Assembly (NCBI GenBank): GCA_900234795.1
Contig: LT962688.1
Location: 1,500,001-1,532,000, forward strand
DNA length: 32,000 nt
Direction of reading: 5' to 3'
Source: Methylorubrum extorquens
GTDB lineage: Bacteria > Pseudomonadota > Alphaproteobacteria > Rhizobiales > Beijerinckiaceae
Shown: piece by piece, positions 15,989-24,447 of the stretch
Layout of the letters: the number at the start of each line of letters is the position of its first letter
Position numbering within the stretch: the stretch's first letter is position 1
Position numbers and translations under genes: made by a program
Notes under the pieces: generated by a model
What the model was told of the DNA's origin: nothing
Databases searched by the model: none
The model's input: only the letters and a program-made list of their open reading frames with translations

Positions 15989-17214
15989 TGTCGCAGCGTG
16001 CTCGGCTCCGCCTTCTCGTCGTGGGCATGTCCAACAGTCCGCATCTGCATCGCTGGGTGAGCATGGTCGCCCGGCCGGATGTGGCAATCGTCGTGTTTCC
16101 CTCGCTGAGCTTCCCGGTGAACCTGCCGGAAGGCTTTCGGCTGATCGATCTAGCAGATGTGACTGAGGATCTGGAGCCGGGCATCTTCCTTCTGACACAC
16201 ACCGAGAGCCGCAGGGAGGAGGACACGCTTGAGGATCGAGATTGGGGCTATGTGCCGTTCTCGCACAGCTTCGTTCCCCCTCACATGCTCTCGACCCCGG
16301 CTGCACTCCTGCGCTGCATCGACCGGCTTCGCCCTCATCTGCTGCACGGGATGGAGACGCAGATCGCCGGCTATCTCTGTGCGGAAGCTGCGCGGCGAGC
16401 GGCCAACTTCCCGACTTGGATCCAATCGACCTGGGGCAGCGACCTGTTCCTCTTCCGCAAGCTGGAGGGTCATCCGGAGCGATTGAAAAAGGTGTTCGGG
16501 CGGGTTCAGATACATCTGGCCGATTGTGCGCGAGACCGGCCGATCGCGCGGCAGTTCGGTTATCAGGGACCGGACATGCCGATCGTTCCCTCGTCGGGCG
16601 GTGTGAGTATCGATGACATGCGCCGCTTCGGTGGGACCCCACCGTCGAAACGGACGCGGATCCTCGTCAAAGGATATCACAACTGGGCGGGACGAGCTTT
16701 GCTCGGCCTCTCGGCGCTCACCCTGGTGCGGGATGAACTCAAAGGCTTCGGCATCGACATCCTTGCCGCCGGACCACGCGTGAGGGCGTGGGCTCAGCAG
16801 ATGAGCGCGACGCTCGGAATGGAGGTGCGGGCCCTCGATTACATGGCCGATCACACGGATGCGCTCCGTCGCTTGGGCGAGGCGCGCTTAGTGATCGGGC
16901 TCGGCATTTCGGACGGCCTCTCCACCACGGTGCTCGAAGCGATGTCGGTTGGAACCTTTCCGGTCCAGAGTTGCACCAGTTGCTGCGACGAATGGATCCA
17001 GGATGGGCAGACTGGTCTCATCGTGCCGCCGTCGGATACGCGCGCGATCGCGAATGCCATCGTCAGGGCCGCGACCGACGACGAGCTCGTCGACACCGCC
17101 GCCCGCAGGAACCTCGAAACGGTCAGCCGGCGCTGGAGCACTCCAGCTAACCGTGTGATGGCTTGGCGGATCTACGACCAAGCCTTAGGCAAAACGGCTG
17201 CCTCCAGGGTTTGA
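15988..17214 (+). CDS. GT-B fold (GT4-like) glycosyltransferase
   Basis: ATG 15988 (MSQRARLRLLVVGMSNSPHLHRW...), 408 aa. The C-terminal domain reads RILVKGYHNWAGR...ARLVIGLGISDGLSTTVLEAMSVGTFPVQSCTSCCDEWIQDGQTGLIVPPSD...ATDDELV, an EX7E-like region. The track extension back to 15349 is Arg-rich and overlaps the 153-aa gene. Confidence 0.85.
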   Translation: MSQRARLRLLVVGMSNSPHLHRWVSMVARPDVAIVVFPSLSFPVNLPEGFRLIDLADVTEDLEPGIFLLTHTESRREEDTLEDRDWGYVPFSHSFVPPHMLSTPAALLRCIDRLRPHLLHGMETQIAGYLCAEAARRAANFPTWIQSTWGSDLFLFRKLEGHPERLKKVFGRVQIHLADCARDRPIARQFGYQGPDMPIVPSSGGVSIDDMRRFGGTPPSKRTRILVKGYHNWAGRALLGLSALTLVRDELKGFGIDILAAGPRVRAWAQQMSATLGMEVRALDYMADHTDALRRLGEARLVIGLGISDGLSTTVLEAMSVGTFPVQSCTSCCDEWIQDGQTGLIVPPSDTRAIANAIVRAATDDELVDTAARRNLETVSRRWSTPANRVMAWRIYDQALGKTAASRV

Positions 17215-17247
17215 TTGCCGCCCACCCGATTGAGCAAGGTACCTATT

Positions 17248-17271
17248 ACGCCGGAGCCATGGCTCCGGCGT
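17248..17271. terminator. perfect 24-nt palindrome between convergent glycosyltransferase genes (putative bidirectional terminator)
   Basis: The sequence is ACGCCGGAGCC-AT-GGCTCCGGCGT. It lies in the 66-nt gap between the stops at 17214 and 17281. Confidence 0.55.
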
Positions 17272-17280
17272 GATCCGCGA

Positions 17281-20200
17281 TCAGCCTTCCACGAGTGCTT
17301 GAACCCGGTCGATCATGCGCTCGATGTCGAAATGCTCGCGGGCGAAGGCCTGGGCCGCTTGGCGGGCTCGGGCAGTCCGTTCGGGATTGTCGAGATACGA
17401 GAGAACGGCGTCTGCGAGCGCCTGCGGATCCGATCCGGCGACGGACACGCCGGTCTCCCCCGGACGTATCGTTTCATCGATGGCGCCGACCCGCCGCGAC
17501 ACCACGGGCACGCCGCTGGCCTGGGCTTCGATGATCGCGTTCGGCATCCCCTCGCTGAAGGAGGTGAGCAGGAAGACGTCGAGCGCTGGCAAGGCCGCAT
17601 AGGCATCCTCAAGCGCTCCCGTGAACCGGAAGGCGCCACTCAGCCCGAGTTCGGCGGCGGCATTCTTCATTGCCGGGAGCAGCGGTCCGTCGCCGATGAC
17701 GGCAAAGACGGTGTCGGGTCTGCGCGCTGCGACGGACGCAGCCACCTGCACCCAGAGCAGCGGCGCCTTCGGTAAAGCGATGCGCATCACGACACCGACG
17801 ACGGGCCGGTCGGCATCGATGGAAAGGGTTTGGCGCGCCCGCGCACGGGCAGCAGGGTCGAGGGCCGAGTGGAAGCTCCCGATCTCGAACCCGCTCGGCA
17901 CGATGCTTGCGCGGCCCTCGAGATCGACTCCCAGCCAATCGGCGTAATCGTCGACACAGGTCTGAGCCATGCCGGTCAGATGGACTTCGGGGCGGGAAAG
18001 AAGCTGCCGATAACCTTCCCTGTACCAGTGACAGGCATCCGCATCGTCGATGAAGTCCGGCGGCCGCATATTGTAGGTTCCCAGCAGAATCCGGGGAACG
18101 CCGGTCAGCACGGCGGCGAGGCCGCCGACGAGGTTAGGGACTTCGAGATGAGCGTAGAGCACCGCGGGCTTGCGTGCCCGAAACAGCTCGATCAGCCACT
18201 GGTGATAGGACGAGGCTCCTATCCATTTGTAGGGTGCCTCAACCCTCTGTACGTCATCGTAAATGAGTAGCTCTTCGCGGGCATGACCTGTCTCCGACAG
18301 GTAGAAGCTCGTGGCGCGCTCCTGCGCGCAATCGAACAGCAGCAGTTCAACCGGCCGCGACCCGAGCCGCTTGCGCAGACGGGCGAACAGCATCGCGACC
18401 AATCGTTCGGCACCGCCGCGCGCCAGGGTCCAACTGAGGATGAAGATGGGCCCGCCCGGACGGGGCGTGGGTGGTGGTGTGGAGCGCACAACGCGCTCCA
18501 GCACCTTCACTGCCGCCTCCGTATGGGGAGCGCCGGGTACGACATCCATCGCTGCGACGAAGTCGGCGAGGCTCGACAGCGCCTCGCTCAGCGCCGAGTC
18601 GGAACTGAGCGCAGATGCCGATCGCCGCAGAATCACTGCATCTCCGGCGGGAAGCGTGGTGACCGGTTGCACCTCCAGCAACGCGCGAGCGAGGTCGGCA
18701 TTGCCGGGCGCCTCGGCCAAGCCGGCTCGAACGACCTCTGCCGCCTCCGCAAGCCGCCCCGTCCGGCGCAGAAGCCTGAAGTATGACAATGCCCCCTCTA
18801 CCGGATTCAGGGCGATGGTACGCTGCACCAAGTCGGAGACACGCTGCAGCATATCCAGCGATGCGTTGCCGTCGAGCAGGGCCTGAGAAGCGAGGCACGC
18901 CAGGGCCGGTGTGGTGATGCCGGTGCGGACGGCGCGTTCCGCTTCGACCCGGGCCCAATTCCGTTCCCCCATCTCGATCAGCAGGCTCAGGGCTTGGAGC
19001 CGCAGTTCCTCGTTATCGGGATAATGCGCGCGGGCATGGAAGATCGTTTGCAGCGCCTTGTCGAGTGCCCCCCGTCCCTGATGCAGATGCATGCACCGGA
19101 TGAAGGCGTAGGGGGACGGCTCCGATGTCTCGAGGAGCCGCTCGAGCCAGTCGAGCGCCCCGGCAGAGTCACCGGCCTGCTGCGCGAACTGGCTGAGCGC
19201 ATCGAGAGCCTCCGGGTCGTTCGGCTCGTCGGCCAGCCGCAACCCGTAGAGATCTTTCGCCAGTAGGATTTGGCCTTCCGCACCGAGCCGCCGGGCGGTC
19301 GCGTGCAGCGCTGCCACGTCGCGGGTCGTTCGGTAGGCCTGGGTTGCCTGATCGGCCTCGCCGGCGAAGGCAATCGCCCGGCGGCTCTCCGCCAGTCGCT
19401 CGAGCTTCGAAACCTGGCGGGAATGGGCCGGGTCGGCTTCAAGGGCGCTGCACAGGGCATCGATCCGTTCCAGGATCGAGTTCCGGCCAAGTGCGAACAG
19501 CGCATGGGTCCAATGAATGTCCGAGAGGGCACCACTGATACCGAGGACTGCGTGTCGCCGGGCGAGCCAGATCGCCACCAGTGCGTCTTCGGCCGGCCCC
19601 GCGGTCGCTTCGAATCGGAAACCGCCGAGGAAGACCGTACGGTGTATCATCAGGGCCGAGGTGGCCACCGGACAATCCGCGATGATCTCCGGGTAGGTCG
19701 TCTCCCCGAGGCTGCTTCCCGGCCCAGCCGGCTCCGTGCCTCCGCCTCCGACAGAATAGCCGGTATATGAGACGGTGCGGCCCGCCTCCGCCATCGCATC
19801 AAGCTGGCGTAAGATCTTATCTGACAAAAAGGTGTCGCGAGGGTCGAGGAAGGCCAGATAGTGGCCGCGCGCCTGCTCCATTCCCGTGTCGAACGGATCC
19901 GCGCCTGCTTCCGACGGAATGCGCCGTACGCGCGGGTCACCCGCGATCGCCGCCTCCAGATCGGCTGGAAGCGGGGCATCGGTGACGAGGATCACCTCGA
20001 GATTGGTGTGGCTCTGCTGCAGGATCGAGCGCAGCGCCCGTACCGGATCGGCGCCCGCCGTGCGGACCGAACGATCGCAGGGAAGAATGACCGAGACCAG
20101 GGTCTTCGCGGCTGACCAAAGCGCAGCCTGCTCATGGCCGTAGGCCGCCACCTCCGCGATTCCGGCAGATCCGTAGTAGGTAGCATTCTCCACAAAGAAG

Positions 20201-21060
20201 CGCTTCTCGCTGCCCTCCATCTGAACCCGCTGCGTCTCAGAGCGTCCGTCCATCAGGCGCTGAAAGAGCCTGTTCCGCTCAATCAGCGATCCGGGCTTGT
20301 GAGAATCCTGGCCGGGATGGGTTCTGTAATGAACGTGTGCTTCCTTCTGTAGAAAGAACTCGTGTTCTTGGGAGATCCTGAGCCAGAGATCATAGTCCTG
20401 CGTGTACCGGAGGGATTCGTCAAATGGATAAAATTCTTTGATGATCCATGCAGGAATATAGAGCGTGCACCCGTTGACAAGGCCGCGATGAAGCGGCAGG
20501 AGCGGCTTTTCTGTAAGCAATCCAAGCTCAATATCGGTGGTATAAAAAAGTTTTCCTTCCGGATCGATCAGGCCGTAATCTGTAAAAAGAATCGCATTTG
20601 GCCTATTTAGGCGCCGATGAAAGGAGACTTGTGACTCGGTTTTATGAGGGAGGTATATGTCGTCGTGGCTAAGCCAAGTGAATACGTCGCCGGTCATGTG
20701 GCGAATCGCCGTGTTCAGCGCGCCAGACACGCCGCGATTTTCTTGGCTAAAATATCGGATCCGATCGGAGTACTTTAGCGCAATCCGCTCCGTCTCTCCG
20801 CCGTCGTTGGACCCGTCGTTGACGACAATAATCTCTATGTTTCCGTAAGTTTGCGCTAGCGCACTACGAAGTGCCAGCTCGAAATATCGGCCACCATTCA
20901 TGACCGGCATCACGATCGTGACCTTCGGATTGGGCATCACAGCTGGCTCGGACTCGCCCGCTGATCCGAACAGCCGACCACTGTCTCGATGGGTCAACGC
21001 TCCCTTGTGCAAGCTGTCGTCTGTCTTGACAGTCCGATCCTGCAGGATTGCTTCGCCCAT
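17281..21060 (-). CDS. 1259-aa multi-domain glycosyltransferase: GT2 + second GT2-like + TPR-like helical array + GT4 (GT-B)
   Basis: GT2-1 (aa ~46-255) has VTIVMPVMNGGRYF...IIVVNDGSNDGGETE...ENRGVSGALNTAI...TWLSHDDIY. GT2-2 (aa ~321-520) has VSVILPC...LEVILVTDAP...YLAFLDPRDTF. The helical repeat region (aa ~570-800) includes NDPEALDALSQFAQQAGDSAGALDWLERLLE and HYPDNEELRLQALSLLIEMGE. The GT4 domain (aa ~870-1259) has FAVIGDGPL...FLLTSFSEGMPNAIIEAQASGVPVVSRRVGAIDETIRPGETG. Confidence 0.9.
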   Translation of the reverse strand: MGEAILQDRTVKTDDSLHKGALTHRDSGRLFGSAGESEPAVMPNPKVTIVMPVMNGGRYFELALRSALAQTYGNIEIIVVNDGSNDGGETERIALKYSDRIRYFSQENRGVSGALNTAIRHMTGDVFTWLSHDDIYLPHKTESQVSFHRRLNRPNAILFTDYGLIDPEGKLFYTTDIELGLLTEKPLLPLHRGLVNGCTLYIPAWIIKEFYPFDESLRYTQDYDLWLRISQEHEFFLQKEAHVHYRTHPGQDSHKPGSLIERNRLFQRLMDGRSETQRVQMEGSEKRFFVENATYYGSAGIAEVAAYGHEQAALWSAAKTLVSVILPCDRSVRTAGADPVRALRSILQQSHTNLEVILVTDAPLPADLEAAIAGDPRVRRIPSEAGADPFDTGMEQARGHYLAFLDPRDTFLSDKILRQLDAMAEAGRTVSYTGYSVGGGGTEPAGPGSSLGETTYPEIIADCPVATSALMIHRTVFLGGFRFEATAGPAEDALVAIWLARRHAVLGISGALSDIHWTHALFALGRNSILERIDALCSALEADPAHSRQVSKLERLAESRRAIAFAGEADQATQAYRTTRDVAALHATARRLGAEGQILLAKDLYGLRLADEPNDPEALDALSQFAQQAGDSAGALDWLERLLETSEPSPYAFIRCMHLHQGRGALDKALQTIFHARAHYPDNEELRLQALSLLIEMGERNWARVEAERAVRTGITTPALACLASQALLDGNASLDMLQRVSDLVQRTIALNPVEGALSYFRLLRRTGRLAEAAEVVRAGLAEAPGNADLARALLEVQPVTTLPAGDAVILRRSASALSSDSALSEALSSLADFVAAMDVVPGAPHTEAAVKVLERVVRSTPPPTPRPGGPIFILSWTLARGGAERLVAMLFARLRKRLGSRPVELLLFDCAQERATSFYLSETGHAREELLIYDDVQRVEAPYKWIGASSYHQWLIELFRARKPAVLYAHLEVPNLVGGLAAVLTGVPRILLGTYNMRPPDFIDDADACHWYREGYRQLLSRPEVHLTGMAQTCVDDYADWLGVDLEGRASIVPSGFEIGSFHSALDPAARARARQTLSIDADRPVVGVVMRIALPKAPLLWVQVAASVAARRPDTVFAVIGDGPLLPAMKNAAAELGLSGAFRFTGALEDAYAALPALDVFLLTSFSEGMPNAIIEAQASGVPVVSRRVGAIDETIRPGETGVSVAGSDPQALADAVLSYLDNPERTARARQAAQAFAREHFDIERMIDRVQALVEG

Positions 21061-21424
21061 CTTAAGCTTCCATTTGGTTCGTACAATCGATTACGACGAG
21101 GGTATCGCTGATAACGGACGGCTGACCCATGCGGCTCAGCTCCGGTCCGTGACAGGTCTTGCCGCATCGTATCGTTTGATGCCGCCAGGACGACACGAGA
21201 GCATATCGACTGGAGGACTCCGAGGCACGCAGCACCGCCGTGTCACAAGGCGCTCGTCTTTACAACGGTTCTGCGACCGGCACGCGGTGCTTCGCTCCCT
21301 CGTCGTCCGTGCGAAGCAGGGCTGTTTTGAAAGCTCGACCGTGCCGAGGCAAGGTCTTTTTGTGACGGATCCTCGCACGGCCCTCGCAACAATCCTGGTG
21401 GGGAGGCGGGCTCGCCGGTCGGGA

Positions 21425-22393
21425 TCAGCGGGTGACAAGCTTGCAAGCGTAGCTTGCCTGCAGGCCGTCGACGAGGTCGATGCGCGGCGCCCAGCCGAGC
21501 GCGGCACGGGCTGCTGCGTTGTTGCAGACGAGATGATCGGGCAGCTGACCATTCCCCTTGTCCGCCGACCGGATCCGGATGGAGCGGACCGGCTCGGCGC
21601 GCTGCACGGCGGCGATTGCGGCCATCACGAGTTGCTCGACCGATTGTCCGTGACCCGAGCTGATGTTCAAGGGCCGGCCAGCCGGCAGGTCCGGCCGGAT
21701 GGCCGCGGCGAGTAGCGCATCCACCACATCTTGAACATGAATATAGTCACGGACTGGGTGCAGGGCCTGAAGTTCGATCTCGTCCTTAGCGCGTAGCTGA
21801 TGCAGGATGGTGGTGACCACCGTTTCGGTGCTCTGGTTGGGCCCATAGATATTGGAGAGCCGGAGCGACACGGCCCACGCGCCGGTCTCGACATAGGCCA
21901 TGACCAGGGCTTCCGCCGCGATTTTCGAGGCAGCATAGATGCTTCGCCCGCGCAGCGGATGGTGCTCTTCGATAGCAGTCCGCGTCTGCGTCCCGTAGAC
22001 AGCGGCGGTGCTGGCGAAGATAAGGCGTGCGACCGCATGCGTCGCACAGGCTGTCAGAACGTTGCAGGTGCCGGTGATGTTCGCGTCTGTAAACGATCGG
22101 AACGAGCCGCCGCCGCCTCCGTTTCCGGCGAGGTGGAAGACAATCTGTGCACCTGCTGCTGCCTGAACGACGGCGGCCTCGTCCAGCAAATCACCGCGCA
22201 GGATGACGACGCGGCTGGCGCATTCCGGCTCGCGGGCCTGGAAGTGTGGCCAGCCTCCGGATTGCGGATTGCGCAGGAGGGCTGCGACCTCGGCTCCGAG
22301 GGCGAGCAGAGATCGCACCAGGTGTTGCCCCAGAAATCCGGAGGCCCCTGTGACAAGAACCCGAACACCGGCGAGCGGCTGCAGCGTAGCCAT
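21425..22393 (-). CDS. extended-SDR NAD-dependent sugar epimerase/dehydratase family protein
   Basis: The start is ATG 22393 (MATLQPLAGVRVLVTGASGFLGQHL), giving 322 aa. Motifs: IVFHLAG, FASTAAVYG, YAASKIAAE (YxxxK), RLSNIYGPNQ. The track extension to 22597 overlaps the upstream gene. Confidence 0.85.
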   Translation of the reverse strand: MATLQPLAGVRVLVTGASGFLGQHLVRSLLALGAEVAALLRNPQSGGWPHFQAREPECASRVVILRGDLLDEAAVVQAAAGAQIVFHLAGNGGGGGSFRSFTDANITGTCNVLTACATHAVARLIFASTAAVYGTQTRTAIEEHHPLRGRSIYAASKIAAEALVMAYVETGAWAVSLRLSNIYGPNQSTETVVTTILHQLRAKDEIELQALHPVRDYIHVQDVVDALLAAAIRPDLPAGRPLNISSGHGQSVEQLVMAAIAAVQRAEPVRSIRIRSADKGNGQLPDHLVCNNAAARAALGWAPRIDLVDGLQASYACKLVTR

Positions 22394-22401
22394 GTCGATC
22401 C

Positions 22402-24447
22402 TCAAGCCGCTGCGTTGATCCAACTGCCGATCCGGGGTGGGTTGAACTGCCATTTCAGGAGCAATGGCGATAGATTGGTCTGGCTGCGCAAGGCCCCGCC
22501 GGCTTCGGCGGCCGGCCAGGACCAACCGATCCGTTCCGTACCGCACACGATCGGGCTGCCGTCTGCAAGGCGGGCGTAGAGGTCGAGAAGGCCACAATCC
22601 CCCATCGACTCATCGATCACGAGTCGCTCGCTCCGGCGCAACAGAATGCCGCCGGTCCGTGGTTCCGGATCGATCAGGCTGTGCAGATTGAACTGGGCGG
22701 CTTTATGATTCCGAAGGACCGCGCCGAATTCGTCGAGTTCCGACCAGAGCCCCAGCGCGAGGTCAGCTTCAGGCGTCGATTGAGATGCCCGCAGAAGGCG
22801 GCGCAAGGCTGCGCCTTCGATGCCATCGCCGGCCTCAAGCAGGAGGATCGCTTCAGCCTGTGATTGCTCGAAGGCACGGTTGATGGCGGCCGCCTCTCCG
22901 ATCGCCGCGGAGAGCATTGTCGCATGAGGATGGAAGCTTCGCAGGCGCTGCGGCAGATCCTCGAACTCCCCGTGTGCCTCGATTAGGATTTTCACGGCAA
23001 GTCCGTCCGACCCCGGCGCGCGCAAGGTGGCCAAGCTCCGTTCGAGCGCTCCGCGATCACGCCCAGCGCGCAGGATGATCTCGATGTCGTTCCTCGCAGG
23101 CGGCGGCGCAACAGAGCGCCAGATCCGGGCAGGGGCATGACTCAACGGATGGGCTGCGAGAGCCCGCTCAAGACGGCCATGATCCGTACGGCCCGAACCT
23201 GCCGGGGCCGATCCGATCACGTCCGCGAAGAAGTCGTTGCGAGGCGGCGGCCAGCCGCCCTCTAGGATGGTTTTGCGCAAATGTCCGGATCGCGCCTCGT
23301 AATCGCCGAGCAGAAGCTCCAGCTTGGCTGCGGCATCGGCCAGATCGTCGGGATCGATGATCGGCGGAGCGATCCCAGCATGGCGCGCTTCGAGAAAGGC
23401 TGCGGCACCCGCCTGTTTCGACAGGAGGATCGGTGCCCCCGACATGGTTGCCTCGACCGCGACGTAGTTGAACGCATCGGAACGGGACGGGATCACGAGC
23501 ACCGAACGGCCGCGAAAGGCGCGCGACCATAACTCTTCGTGGCTGATCTCGCCAAGATACTCGGCAGGGACCTGCCGCTCGCGGGCGAGGTCGAGCACCG
23601 TCTCGGACCAGCGCGGTCCTGATGTGGCCCAGTGGTTGTCCGGACCACAGAGATAACAGTTCCGATAGAGGGAGCGGGGAACCTGGGAGGCAATTTCGAT
23701 GAAGAGGTCCGGTCCCTTGTTCCTGTCAAGGCGTCCGACGAACCAGAGATCGGGCGGGCCTTCCCCTGGCGGAAGGGGCGCCGGGAGCGGTACCGTATCA
23801 AGGGCGTCATGCATGTCGACGATCGCCGATGGCTTCGCTTGGATGTTCTCGGCGGCATGGAGATCCGAGATCGTGTAGCTCACATCCGAGCCCGCGATGC
23901 AGCGCCGCTCCATGTCCTCGATCCGCTGCACGACCGCCTCGGGGACTTCCGACGCATAGGCGTTGCGGTTGCTGACGCTCAGCCAGCCGAGCATACCCAG
24001 CGAGATCGTTCCGACCCCGATGCCGAACGCGGCGAAGATCGGACGGATGAGATGCGCCACGGGGAAGAAGGAGGGCACTTCAACAACGTCGATAAACTGG
24101 CCCTGAAGTGGCACGGCTATCTGGCACACGATCAAGGCATAGGAGCGCTCCTCAACGCCTTCGATCTTCAGCGCGCCGAGGAGATCCCACGGATAGAGAA
24201 AGCGATCGAAGCCGTAGGGATGCGCATTGGCAGGCAGGCCGGAGCGCACTTCGCCCGAGAGATCGCGCCCCCGCGACGGATAGAGGAAGGTCCAATCCGG
24301 ATGCCGCTCGACCACGCGCCGATAGAATGTCTGCCCGCCGCCGAGCGCCGAGTAGAAGTCGAAATCGCAGATCAGGGCGCGGATCGGTCGACGCCCGGCT
24401 GGCAATTCAGTTGCGGCCGGCATCATCATCATCGGAACAGCCGCCAT
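22402..24447 (-). CDS. two-domain glycosyltransferase: N-terminal GT4-like (GT-B) + C-terminal degenerate GT2-like domain
   Basis: The GT-B part reads WFVGRLDRNKGPDLFIE...VLVIPSRSDAFNYVAVEATMSGAPILLSKQAGAAAF. The C-terminal part reads DIEIILRAGRDRGALERSLATL...AAAINRAFEQSQAEAILLLEAGDGI. The likely true start is ATG 24432, which forms an ATGA overlap with the upstream stop at 24429-24431. Confidence 0.8.
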   Translation of the reverse strand: MAAVPMMMMPAATELPAGRRPIRALICDFDFYSALGGGQTFYRRVVERHPDWTFLYPSRGRDLSGEVRSGLPANAHPYGFDRFLYPWDLLGALKIEGVEERSYALIVCQIAVPLQGQFIDVVEVPSFFPVAHLIRPIFAAFGIGVGTISLGMLGWLSVSNRNAYASEVPEAVVQRIEDMERRCIAGSDVSYTISDLHAAENIQAKPSAIVDMHDALDTVPLPAPLPPGEGPPDLWFVGRLDRNKGPDLFIEIASQVPRSLYRNCYLCGPDNHWATSGPRWSETVLDLARERQVPAEYLGEISHEELWSRAFRGRSVLVIPSRSDAFNYVAVEATMSGAPILLSKQAGAAAFLEARHAGIAPPIIDPDDLADAAAKLELLLGDYEARSGHLRKTILEGGWPPPRNDFFADVIGSAPAGSGRTDHGRLERALAAHPLSHAPARIWRSVAPPPARNDIEIILRAGRDRGALERSLATLRAPGSDGLAVKILIEAHGEFEDLPQRLRSFHPHATMLSAAIGEAAAINRAFEQSQAEAILLLEAGDGIEGAALRRLLRASQSTPEADLALGLWSELDEFGAVLRNHKAAQFNLHSLIDPEPRTGGILLRRSERLVIDESMGDCGLLDLYARLADGSPIVCGTERIGWSWPAAEAGGALRSQTNLSPLLLKWQFNPPRIGSWINAAA

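Noticed and set aside
22394-22597. 68-aa extension of the epimerase ORF
   Set aside because: It overlaps the 3' end of the 681-aa GT gene. The Rossmann GxxGxxG motif directly follows ATG 22393.
24421-24432. CATCATCATCAT tetrad (four consecutive Met codons on the minus strand), a possible short tandem repeat or slippage tract
   Set aside because: There are only four units and they lie inside coding sequence at a start-site region. Nothing in one sequence indicates copy-number variation. They are useful only for choosing the ATGA-overlap start.
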